Positions 38,595-47,620 of a stretch of 58,238 nucleotides of DNA are shown piece by piece. Both the position numbers and the translations under genes were made by a program. This DNA comes from an uncultured Muribaculaceae bacterium (GTDB lineage Bacteria > Bacillota_I > Bacilli_A > RF39 > UBA660). The stretch spans positions 1 through 58,238 of the forward strand of contig CAYURI010000005.1 of NCBI GenBank assembly GCA_964447275.1. The letters run 5' to 3'. The stretch's first letter is position 1. Each line of letters starts with the position of its first letter. The notes under the pieces were generated by a model, which saw only the letters and a list, made by a program, of their open reading frames with translations, was not told where the DNA came from and did not search any database.

Positions 38595-39908
38595 TTACAT
38601 TTCGATAAGAGCATTTACTATTTCATTAAATTTCATTGCATTAGAAGCTTTTACTAAGACGATATCATCTTTTCTAATAACTTTTTTTAAGTAATTAATC
38701 GCATCATCATTATTATTAAAGTTCTCATTTTTTATGTTGGCTTTTATGTATTTTGTATACTCACCAACCGTAACTAGTATTTCTACGCCACCAATTAAAT
38801 CACCAAGGCTTTGATGAATCTCAACAGCTTTATCACCAAGTTCTTTGATGTCACCAAGAACAACTATTTTTCTTTTATTATATTTTTGCAATGTTTCTAA
38901 AGCCACTTTAATTGATTCATAACTAGCGTTGTATGAATCATCAATAATTATTGTACCGCTCTTACTTTCTTTGATTTGTAATCTATTATCATGAGGAGCA
39001 TATTCATTTAAAGCTTTTTTAATATTCCAATTATTTACTTTTAATATTTTGCCGACCGCGAACGCATTTAAAGCATTATATACAAAAGCCGTATTAATAT
39101 TTTGATTTTTTATTTTAATCCCATTTATTTTAATTTTATTATTAGTTAATTTTGTTCCAATGTAATTACTATCATTATTAATACCAATGGTTATTTTATT
39201 TTTATAATTAACATTTTTCAATAGTTCATCATCGTTATTAACAATTAAAATGCCCTTGTCATTCATGCCATCTAATATCTCTAATTTAGCTTTTAAAATA
39301 TTTTCTTTGGATCCTAAATTACCAATATGTGAAGTGCCAATATTAGTAATAACGGCTATAGTTGGTTTAGCGATTTTAGATAACAATGATATTTCACCAA
39401 AATGGTTCATACCCATTTCTAGAACACAAGCAGTATGATCGTCTAAATTTAATAAAGTAAAAGGTAAGCCAATGTGATTATTGTAATTTTTAATTGGTGT
39501 TAATACTTTATATTTATAACTTAAGACGCTAGAAATCATTTCTCTAGTAGTAGTTTTACCAACGCTACCAGTAATAGCAACAACTGGAATATTATACATA
39601 TCTCTTTTATAAGTTGCTAATGTTTGTAGACATTTAACACTATCTGGAACAATAACTATGGTGCTATTTAAATAATCGTTTATTTCTTTTGGATCACAAT
39701 TTAATATACAAGCTTTAGCACCTTTATTAAATGCTTCACGATAAAACTTATTGCCATCAAAGTTATCACCCTTAATACCAACATAGATATCTCCTTCTTT
39801 AATGTCTCTAGTATCTTTAGAAAAACTTAAGCATTCTAAGTTTTCATCACCACAAAGTAAAGTACCATCACAAAGTTCTATAACATCTTTTATTGTAATA
39901 TTTTTCAT
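38595..39908 (-). CDS. murF: UDP-N-acetylmuramoyl-tripeptide--D-Ala-D-Ala ligase
   Basis: DTR, AITGSVGKTTT, NNHIGLP, LEMGMNHFGEI, DDSYNAS, LGDIKELG, LVKAS. Confidence 0.95.
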   Translation of the reverse strand: MKNITIKDVIELCDGTLLCGDENLECLSFSKDTRDIKEGDIYVGIKGDNFDGNKFYREAFNKGAKACILNCDPKEINDYLNSTIVIVPDSVKCLQTLATYKRDMYNIPVVAITGSVGKTTTREMISSVLSYKYKVLTPIKNYNNHIGLPFTLLNLDDHTACVLEMGMNHFGEISLLSKIAKPTIAVITNIGTSHIGNLGSKENILKAKLEILDGMNDKGILIVNNDDELLKNVNYKNKITIGINNDSNYIGTKLTNNKIKINGIKIKNQNINTAFVYNALNAFAVGKILKVNNWNIKKALNEYAPHDNRLQIKESKSGTIIIDDSYNASYESIKVALETLQKYNKRKIVVLGDIKELGDKAVEIHQSLGDLIGGVEILVTVGEYTKYIKANIKNENFNNNDDAINYLKKVIRKDDIVLVKASNAMKFNEIVNALIEM

Positions 39909-39972
39909 ATCATCACCAATATTATTTTATCACAAAATAATATAACTTATGCTATACTTTTATTTGTAAGGG

Positions 39973-40509
39973 ATGAATTTACAGATGCCTAGTAAAAAAT
40001 TAGAAATAACCGAAAAACAAAAAATAGAATTAGTTAAGGCAATAATTAGCCAACTTATTGATATATTTTCTAATAACTTTCAACATATTTTCGGCGAAGA
40101 TGCTGATATAGCTTTTTCAATGGGCGGATGTGAGGCTATAGCAGTAATATTAAAAGAATTATTCCCTGAAGGCAATTTATTATATAGTTCCCATCATGTT
40201 GTATTTAATATGTGTGGAATGGATTTTGATGTTCATGAGAAATCACAACCTGAAGGCGAATACACAAGCGCCGGAGAAGCTGGGTTTTATCCAATTTCTG
40301 ATTGGACAAAAAAAGAGTACACACCGATAATAGAATATTCGCTTATTAGGATTAGAGAAAGTTGGCCGTATTTTTGGGATAATACAGATACATTTGATAA
40401 ATTAACTCAAAGAGAAAAAAATGGTAGATATTTAACCTATAAAGAATACCAGCAAGCAAAGGGAAATCGACAAAATCCTTCGAATGATAATTTAGTACAA
40501 GGTATATAA
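39973..40509 (+). CDS. Hypothetical protein with a possible papain-like Cys-His-Asp triad
   Basis: GGC(53)EAIAVILKELFP...H(75)VVF....FD(86)V spacing. Confidence 0.55.
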   Translation: MNLQMPSKKLEITEKQKIELVKAIISQLIDIFSNNFQHIFGEDADIAFSMGGCEAIAVILKELFPEGNLLYSSHHVVFNMCGMDFDVHEKSQPEGEYTSAGEAGFYPISDWTKKEYTPIIEYSLIRIRESWPYFWDNTDTFDKLTQREKNGRYLTYKEYQQAKGNRQNPSNDNLVQGI

Positions 40510-40553
40510 AAAGTAAAAAACTTATAGTTAATTCTATAAGTTTTATTTTATCT

Positions 40554-40627
40554 TGGAGCAGATAACGGGAATCGGACCCGCATCCTAAGCTTGGGAAGCT
40601 TATATTCTACCATTGAACTATATCTGC
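40554..40627 (-). tRNA. tRNA-Gly (CCC)
   Basis: Minus strand: acceptor GCAGATA/TATCTGC, loop TT-CCC-AA, discriminator T, encoded CCA; TTGTCT-17-CATAAT promoter at 40667-40639. Confidence 0.95.
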
Positions 40628-40754
40628 ATTTCATTAATATTATGACATAGTTGTAAAGTTTAGACAATATTTAATATATATATAATTTACATTGTATTTT
40701 TAAAATGCTATACTTTATTTATAAATAAGTGAAATTGAAAGGAGGTAACGGTTT

Positions 40755-41339
40755 ATGGCAACAACTAAAAAAGTAACAACATCACAAAAAAAATCTCCAG
40801 CCAAGAAAGTAACAAAAAAATCTCCTGTAAAAAAAGCAGTAAAAGTTGAAAAAGAAGTAGTGATTAAAACAGGTAAATTTTGTGAATATTGCGGTAGCAG
40901 TATAAGTGAAAAAGCAGAAGTTTGTACAAATTGTGGTAAATATACATCATTACATAAAGAAAAATCAGCACCAAAAGTTGAAATAAAAGATACTAAGATC
41001 TTTAATGTCTTATCTTACTTAGGAATTCTATGGATTATTGGTATGTTAAGTGACCATAAAAATGATAAAGACGTAAGATTCCATATTGGACAAGGAATGT
41101 TAGTAACAATTCTTTATGTCGCAGTTGGAATTATTAACAATTTAATAATTGCTAATGTCTTTGTTACAAAAGTTACTTATTGGTATTATACCTATAAGAC
41201 AACTAGTGGTTTAGGATATTTCTTGATGTGGATTTTATGGTTAGTACCTGCAGTTCTTTCAGTAATCGGAATAATTAATGCTGCAAAAGGCGAATCAAAA
41301 GAATTACCAGTTATTGGTAAATACGCTTTTTATAAATAG
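40755..41339 (+). CDS. Lys-rich tail + zinc ribbon + DUF4870-like membrane protein
   Basis: KKSPAKK repeats, CEYC...CTNC, LSYLGILWIIG, VRFHIGQG, GIINAAKGESKELPVIG. Confidence 0.8.
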   Translation: MATTKKVTTSQKKSPAKKVTKKSPVKKAVKVEKEVVIKTGKFCEYCGSSISEKAEVCTNCGKYTSLHKEKSAPKVEIKDTKIFNVLSYLGILWIIGMLSDHKNDKDVRFHIGQGMLVTILYVAVGIINNLIIANVFVTKVTYWYYTYKTTSGLGYFLMWILWLVPAVLSVIGIINAAKGESKELPVIGKYAFYK

Positions 41340-41350
41340 AAAGGCATTAA

Positions 41351-41704
41351 ATGAAAAAGATAATTTATTCTTTGTTAATAGGTGTTTTAGTTTTAAGTTT
41401 AACTGGTTGTGGTAAAAAACTTACTTGTGAAAGTACGCTTACAGAAAAAGATGATGGGATTGCAATGTCTGCTAAGGTCGTTGTAAGCTTTAAAGAAGAT
41501 ATGGCTGATAAAGCTACATTGGTATCTACTTTTACTGATGAAGCAACCGCTAGTACATATTATGAATATATGAAAGAATCTAGTGACGATTATGTTCTAA
41601 ATGGTAAAACAATTACTATTACCAAAGATGTTGAAGACGATGAAAAGCTAAACTATACAGAAACAAAAGCTGAGCTTGAAGAAGAAGGTTATACTTGTAA
41701 ATAA
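41351..41704 (+). CDS. Hypothetical lipoprotein
   Basis: Lipobox LTGC; KLTC near the N-terminus and GYTCK at the C-terminus. Confidence 0.82.
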   Translation: MKKIIYSLLIGVLVLSLTGCGKKLTCESTLTEKDDGIAMSAKVVVSFKEDMADKATLVSTFTDEATASTYYEYMKESSDDYVLNGKTITITKDVEDDEKLNYTETKAELEEEGYTCK

Positions 41705-41786
41705 AAATTGAATCATTTGATTCAATTTTTTTATATTTGTTTTTTTCTTAATAATATTATATAATACGCCTTGAAAGGAGCTATTA

Positions 41787-42224
41787 ATGAAAAAAACAAT
41801 TTATTTAGCCATAATAATAGCTTTATTAATGACATCATTTGGGTGTTCATATTTAAAAGAAAAGAAAACTCCAGAAAAAGAAGAAATCAAAGAAGTTGAA
41901 AATAATGAGCCTTCTAATGAAACAACAGATTTCTGGCCAGCTAACGAATTTACTAATCAAGTTCCCAAATTTACTTATGGAATAAATGAACGAATATATA
42001 CTAACAATGAAACTGGTTTTATTTATGGTGCTGATGATGTTACTGTAGATGAGTATAAACAATATAAGAAAGATTTAAAAAAAGCCGGGTTTAAAAATGA
42101 TGTTAGTGAAATTGTTGATACAATAACCACTTACACAGCATCTAAAGATATTTATGAAGTATCACTTAGTTATGTTGATAATACATTAACAATTACAATT
42201 ATTAAAGAAAGCCTACAACAGTAG
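41787..42224 (+). CDS. Hypothetical lipoprotein
   Basis: Signal peptide with SFGC lipobox; WPANEF..QVP, YKKDLKKAGF. Confidence 0.75.
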   Translation: MKKTIYLAIIIALLMTSFGCSYLKEKKTPEKEEIKEVENNEPSNETTDFWPANEFTNQVPKFTYGINERIYTNNETGFIYGADDVTVDEYKQYKKDLKKAGFKNDVSEIVDTITTYTASKDIYEVSLSYVDNTLTITIIKESLQQ

Positions 42225-42232
42225 GTTTTTTT

Positions 42233-42264
42233 ATTTCTTCATATTTCTTTCATATTTCTTTCAC
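42233..42264 (+). repeat. Three tandem 10-11 bp direct repeats upstream of the ABC operon
   Basis: ATTTCTTCAT / ATTTCTTTCAT / ATTTCTTTCAC, then TATTCT (-10-like) at 42275-42280. Confidence 0.8.
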
Positions 42265-42300
42265 ATAGCAAAAGTATTCTTTAGGAAGAAAGAGGAGTTT

Positions 42301-43821
42301 ATGAAATATATTTTTAAAAATGCTTATAAGTCGATTGTTAGAAATAAAGGAAGGAATATTTTAATGGGAATAATAGTAATGGTTATAGCTTGCGCTTGTG
42401 CCATTACATTATCAATTAGAAATGCTGCTAATAAGTTGGTAACTGCTTACGAAAATAAATATAACGTTGAAGCCAGTTTAACTTATAATAGAGAAAAGTT
42501 AATGGAAAGTATTTCAAGTGATGCAGATAGTGCTGAAGAAAGAATTGAAGCTTTCAATAATATTGAAAAGATTACTGTTGATGAAATAAATTTTTATGGT
42601 AATAGTGATTATGTTAGTTATTATTACTATACTTACAATATTGGTATGAATAGTGATGATATTGATAAAGCAAGTGATGAAATAGCTAAAGTAACCACTT
42701 CAACCACCACAACCCAAAAACCAGGGCCAGGAGGATTTGGTGGCGGGAGTACAACAACAAGAAGAACGGAGATTATTCAAAATATGGGAACCAGTGGCGA
42801 TTTTACTTTAGTTGGTTATAGTTCTTATGAAGGGATGACAGATTTTGTTAATGGTTCATATACAATAACCGATGGTGAAGTGAGTGATGATTTTTCTTCT
42901 AATGATTGTGTTATAAACTCAGAACTAGCTGATTTAAATAATTTAAGTGTTGGTGATACCATAACTCTTCAAAGCGTTAATGACGAAGATCTTACTTATG
43001 ATTTAGTTATTACTGGCATATTTACTGATAGTAGTGAAGCAACAACCGACATGAGGAGCATGTATTCTTCTAGTGTTAATAAAATAATTACTAATTCCAA
43101 TTTGGTAGCAAAAATAGTTGCTGATGATGAAGATGCTGAAACGACTATAACGCCAACTTTTGTTTTAAATTATAAAGATGTTGTTGATAAGTTTGCTGCT
43201 GAAGTAACTGAAAAAGGATTAAGTGAAAACTATCAAGTAACTACTAATTTAGATACAATTGAAAGTGAAACAGAATCAATTTCTAATGTATCAAATTTTG
43301 CAACAACATTCTTAATTATCACTTTAGTAATTGGTGGTGTAGTATTATTAATTCTTAATATGATAAATGTTCGAGAAAGAAAATATGAAATAGGGGTATT
43401 AAGAACAATTGGAATGAAAAAAAGTACTGTAACATTACAATTTGCTTTTGAGTTACTAGTAATATCGATGATAGGGCTAATATTTGGAGCGGTAATTGGA
43501 TCAGTATCAAGCGTTAAAGTTGCAAATAAAATGCTAGCTTCTGAAATAGCTTCTGCTAAAGCAGATCAAGAAGAAATAATGGGTAACTTTGGTGGACCAA
43601 ATAGAAACAGTGAAACTGATACAACAGGATCAACCAATAGTAATGTTACTAATGGTGTAGTTAAAATAAGTGAAGTAACAGATATAAATGCTGTGGTAGA
43701 CTTTAAAGTATTAATGGAATTATTAGCTATAGGGCTTGGGTTAACATTGTTTAGTAGTCTATCAGCCATGATAAGTATTGCTAGATTCTCGCCTTTAGCG
43801 ATCTTAAGAGAAAGAAGTTAA
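42301..43821 (+). CDS. FtsX/MacB-type ABC transporter permease
   Basis: AYKSIVRNKGRNIL, large extracellular domain, NVRERKYEIGVLRTIGM, RFSPLAILRERS. Confidence 0.92.
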   Translation: MKYIFKNAYKSIVRNKGRNILMGIIVMVIACACAITLSIRNAANKLVTAYENKYNVEASLTYNREKLMESISSDADSAEERIEAFNNIEKITVDEINFYGNSDYVSYYYYTYNIGMNSDDIDKASDEIAKVTTSTTTTQKPGPGGFGGGSTTTRRTEIIQNMGTSGDFTLVGYSSYEGMTDFVNGSYTITDGEVSDDFSSNDCVINSELADLNNLSVGDTITLQSVNDEDLTYDLVITGIFTDSSEATTDMRSMYSSSVNKIITNSNLVAKIVADDEDAETTITPTFVLNYKDVVDKFAAEVTEKGLSENYQVTTNLDTIESETESISNVSNFATTFLIITLVIGGVVLLILNMINVRERKYEIGVLRTIGMKKSTVTLQFAFELLVISMIGLIFGAVIGSVSSVKVANKMLASEIASAKADQEEIMGNFGGPNRNSETDTTGSTNSNVTNGVVKISEVTDINAVVDFKVLMELLAIGLGLTLFSSLSAMISIARFSPLAILRERS

Positions 43822-43823
43822 TT

Positions 43824-44483
43824 ATGAAGATATTAGAGTTAAAAGATGTTTGTTATAAATATGAAGATACTAATAAAGATGACTATGTTTTGAAAAACAT
43901 TAATTATAGTTTTGATTTAGGTAAAACATATGCTATTAAAGGTAAAAGTGGTAGTGGTAAAACAACTTTATTATCACTTATATCTGGTTTAGAAAAATGT
44001 AAAGAAGGTAAGATTATTTATGATGGGAAAGATTTAAATAAAATGGATTTAGATAAATATCGTAGCAAATCTATTGGGATAGTCTTCCAATCATATAACT
44101 TATTACCGCATTTAACAGCAATTGAAAACATCGTTTTATCAATGGATATAAGCAAATTAAAAATTAAAGATAAAGTAAAAGAAGCCATTAGGTTGTTAGA
44201 AAGAGTTGGTTTAACAGAAAAACAGGGTAAAAGAAGAGTCTTAAAATTATCTGGTGGTGAACAGCAAAGAGTGGCAATAGCAAGAAGTCTGTCTTATAAT
44301 CCAGATATTATTTTAGCTGATGAACCAACTGGTAACTTGGACGAACAAACTGAAAATGATATTATAAAAATATTAACTGATTTAGCAAAGCACGAAAATA
44401 AATGCATTATAATTGTAACCCATTCTACAAATGTGGCTGGCAAAGTTGATACTATTTATGAATTAGTAAAAAAGATAGCTTAA
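43824..44483 (+). CDS. ABC transporter ATP-binding protein (LolD/MacB type)
   Basis: GKSGSGKTT, VFQSYNL, LSGGEQQR, LADEPTGNLD, VTHS, all intact. Confidence 0.96.
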   Translation: MKILELKDVCYKYEDTNKDDYVLKNINYSFDLGKTYAIKGKSGSGKTTLLSLISGLEKCKEGKIIYDGKDLNKMDLDKYRSKSIGIVFQSYNLLPHLTAIENIVLSMDISKLKIKDKVKEAIRLLERVGLTEKQGKRRVLKLSGGEQQRVAIARSLSYNPDIILADEPTGNLDEQTENDIIKILTDLAKHENKCIIIVTHSTNVAGKVDTIYELVKKIA

Positions 44484-44500
44484 AAGCTATTTTTTTAAAA

Positions 44501-44529
44501 TTGACTTTTTAAAGTTATATCGATATACT
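44501..44529 (+). promoter_or_regulatory. SigA promoter of lysS
   Basis: TTGACT-17 nt-TATACT. Confidence 0.8.
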
Positions 44530-44553
44530 TTAATTGCATTGGAGTGTTAAAAA

Positions 44554-46023
44554 ATGAGAGAATTTAGTGAACAAGAACAAGTAAGAAGAAATAAAGTTGA
44601 AGAAATAAAAAGTATATGTAACCCTTATCCAGAAAGGTTTGTTATTACGCATGAATTAAAAGATGCTGTACTACTTCCAGATGAAACAAATAATGTTAGC
44701 GTTGCTGGACGAATTGTTTTCATGAGAAAAATGGGTAAGTTATCATTTGTATCTATTCAAGATGTTTCGGGTAGACTTCAATTATCAATTAAAGTTGACT
44801 GTGTTGGTGAAGAAGAGAACGAAAAATTTAAAAATATTTTCGACCTAGGAGATTTTATTGGTGCTACTGGAGAAATGTTTACTACTCATACTGGAGAGAA
44901 AACTTTAAGAGCTAACTCATTTGTTTTCTTGGGGAAAGCATTAAAACCACTTCCAGAAAAATTTCACGGATTAACAGATACAGAACTTTGTTATCGTAAT
45001 CGTTATGTTGATTTAATAATGAATGAAGATACGCGTCAGAGATTTTTACTTCGTTCTAATTTTATTCGTGAATTAAGAAACTACTTAGATAATTTAGGTT
45101 ACTTAGAAATTGAAACGCCAATATTAATCAATAAGCCATCAGGGGCACTAGCCAAACCCTTTATATCTCATCATAATGCTTTGGATCAAAGTGTATATTT
45201 AAGAATAGCTCCTGAAACCTATTTAAAAAGGGCTGTAGTAGGTGGCTTTAATAAGGTTTATGAAGTAGCAAGATGTTTTAGAAATGAAGGTATGGATGCT
45301 TCTCACTTACAAGATTTTACAATGGTTGAAGGATACTGTGCTTATTATAATTATGAAGATAATATGATATTTATGGAAAAAATGATTAAAACAATTATTG
45401 AAAGATTATTTGGTACTTTGGTAATTACTATTAAAGGGGAAGAAATTGATTTAAATAAAAAATGGGAAAAAGTAACATTCAGAGAATTAATAAAAAAATA
45501 CGCTGATATTGATATTAATGAGTTTAATACTAAAGAAAGTTTGTTAGAAGTAATAACTAGTAAGAACATCGAATTAGAGTCAGAGACGCCTTTAAAGGAT
45601 TTGGGTTATGGTAATTTGGTTGATCAATTATATAAAAAAGTTGCTCGACCTAATATGTTAGGCCCAGTGTTTTTAATAGAACATCCAATTGGCTTATCAC
45701 CACTTGCAAGAGCTAATGATGCCAATAAAGAAGTGACTGATCGTTTTCAATTAATCATGAATGGCGAAGAGATTGTTAATGCTTATTCTGAGTTAGTAGA
45801 TCCAATTGAACAAGAAAAAAGATTACTAGAACAAAGCGAACTTAAAAATAAAGGTGACGAAGAAGCGATGATGATGGATTATGACTATATCGAAGCAATG
45901 GAATATGGCATGCCACCAATTAGTGGTTGGGGGATGGGTGTAGACAGATTACTACAACTATTAACAGCTAGTGAGAATATAAAAGATGTTGTTATGTTTC
46001 CGCTTATGAGACCAAAAGAATAA
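44554..46023 (+). CDS. lysS: Lysyl-tRNA synthetase class II
   Basis: VAGRI, KALKPLPEKFHGL, YRNRYVDL, YLRIAPETYLKR, FRNEG, EYGMPP..GWGMGVDRL. Confidence 0.98.
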   Translation: MREFSEQEQVRRNKVEEIKSICNPYPERFVITHELKDAVLLPDETNNVSVAGRIVFMRKMGKLSFVSIQDVSGRLQLSIKVDCVGEEENEKFKNIFDLGDFIGATGEMFTTHTGEKTLRANSFVFLGKALKPLPEKFHGLTDTELCYRNRYVDLIMNEDTRQRFLLRSNFIRELRNYLDNLGYLEIETPILINKPSGALAKPFISHHNALDQSVYLRIAPETYLKRAVVGGFNKVYEVARCFRNEGMDASHLQDFTMVEGYCAYYNYEDNMIFMEKMIKTIIERLFGTLVITIKGEEIDLNKKWEKVTFRELIKKYADIDINEFNTKESLLEVITSKNIELESETPLKDLGYGNLVDQLYKKVARPNMLGPVFLIEHPIGLSPLARANDANKEVTDRFQLIMNGEEIVNAYSELVDPIEQEKRLLEQSELKNKGDEEAMMMDYDYIEAMEYGMPPISGWGMGVDRLLQLLTASENIKDVVMFPLMRPKE

Positions 46024-46098
46024 TTTCACCAAATAAACACATAAAAAGGTTTGATAAACCTTTTTTTTTGATATATAATCAATTATAGGAGGAGAGAC

Positions 46099-47535
46099 AT
46101 GAAAAAGATTTTTGAAAAACACAATTTATTTAAAATAGTTGGTATAGTAATCTTATTTACAGTTTTATTAACTTGGATAATACCAGCAAGCAGTTTTAGC
46201 TCAACAACTGAAGCTATGGTTCTTGGTGAAATTACGAGAATCGGCTTAAATGATTTTTTCACTAATGTTTTACTAAGTGGTTATTATTTTGCAATAATAG
46301 TGACTTTCTTATTAATTCTTGGTGGATTATATCAAGTATTGTCTAAAACTGGTGGTTACCAAAACTTAGTAGAAAGATTTACTAAATTTCTAAAAGGAAA
46401 GGAAATATGGTTTGTCTTAATAGTTTCATTTTTATTTGCTGGTTTAGCAGCAATAAGTAATGAAATATATCAATTGTTAATATTTGTTCCGTTTATCATA
46501 ACTCTAATATTAAAACTAAAAATGGACAAAATAACAGCTTTAGCAACTACTTTTGGCAGTATTTTAATTGGTATTGTTGGTTCAATGTTTAGCCCAATGA
46601 TATCAGAAACTTTAAATCAGTATTTAAGCCTTACTTATAGTACAGAAATTATAACTAAAATCATGCTATTTGTTGTAACATACTTATTATTTAATTTCTT
46701 TAACTATATGCATGTTATGAAGACTTTAAAAGGTAAAGAAAAATTAGAAGAAGTAAAAAATGATAAGTTTGAATTACCAGAAAAAGCTGAAAAGAAAGCA
46801 ATCTGGCCTTTAATTGTTGTCTTTGGCTTTTTAGCAGTTTATATGATTTTAGGTTATATAGCTTGGAAGGGTGCTTTTAAAGTAGAAATATTTGATAACT
46901 TTAATACTTGGCTAGTAGGGCTAAATATTAAGAATATCCCAGTAGTTTCTTATGTTCTTGGCACATCTTATGCTTTTGGTAAATGGGATTTATATGCTAT
47001 CCAAATGATCATGTTAATTGCTACTGGAGTTATTGCTTTAATCTACAGAATTAAATTTGATGAATTGTTAAAATCAATTGGTGAAGGCGCTAAAAAAATG
47101 CTAAAACCAATTCTAATTGTTTTGATGGTTTATATTGTTTGTATTTTTACAGTAATGTTTCCAGTTGTACCAACTATTGTTAATTGGTTAATGAGCGGCG
47201 TAAAAGAAGTAACTACTTTCTTTGGGGTATTATTAACTTCATTATCTGCAATTATATCTTCAATATTTAATGTTGAATTAAGATATGCAGTATCAAGTTT
47301 GATCCCTTATTATGCAGCAGTATTTGGTAGTGAAACAGCTAATCCGATCATTGCTATTATTTTCCAAGCCTTTTATGGCTTTGTCCAATTCTTTGCACCA
47401 ACTAGTTTGATGTTAATGTTGGGCTTAGCATATTTAGAAATTCCTTATAAAGAATGGTTTAAATATATTTGGAAATTTGTTGTTGGGTTATTTGTTGTTA
47501 TATTAGTAATTGTTCTATTTATAACATTATTATAA
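46099..47535 (+). CDS. YfcC/DcuC-like secondary transporter
   Basis: LLTWIIPA, ILGGLYQVL.KTG, many TM helices, APTS.MLMLGLAY.EIPYKEWFKYIW. Confidence 0.75.
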   Translation: MKKIFEKHNLFKIVGIVILFTVLLTWIIPASSFSSTTEAMVLGEITRIGLNDFFTNVLLSGYYFAIIVTFLLILGGLYQVLSKTGGYQNLVERFTKFLKGKEIWFVLIVSFLFAGLAAISNEIYQLLIFVPFIITLILKLKMDKITALATTFGSILIGIVGSMFSPMISETLNQYLSLTYSTEIITKIMLFVVTYLLFNFFNYMHVMKTLKGKEKLEEVKNDKFELPEKAEKKAIWPLIVVFGFLAVYMILGYIAWKGAFKVEIFDNFNTWLVGLNIKNIPVVSYVLGTSYAFGKWDLYAIQMIMLIATGVIALIYRIKFDELLKSIGEGAKKMLKPILIVLMVYIVCIFTVMFPVVPTIVNWLMSGVKEVTTFFGVLLTSLSAIISSIFNVELRYAVSSLIPYYAAVFGSETANPIIAIIFQAFYGFVQFFAPTSLMLMLGLAYLEIPYKEWFKYIWKFVVGLFVVILVIVLFITLL

Positions 47536-47620
47536 AATAAATAAAAGAATAGCTATCTATTCTTTTTTTATATTGCATTTTAGAACAAATGTATGGTAAA
47601 ATAAAACCCGGAGAGATTTT

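Noticed and set aside
33133-40553. Prophage, ICE or integron cassette array between the two tRNAs
   Set aside because: No integrase, no duplicated tRNA 3' end, no attC-like repeats; the interval includes the core gene murF.
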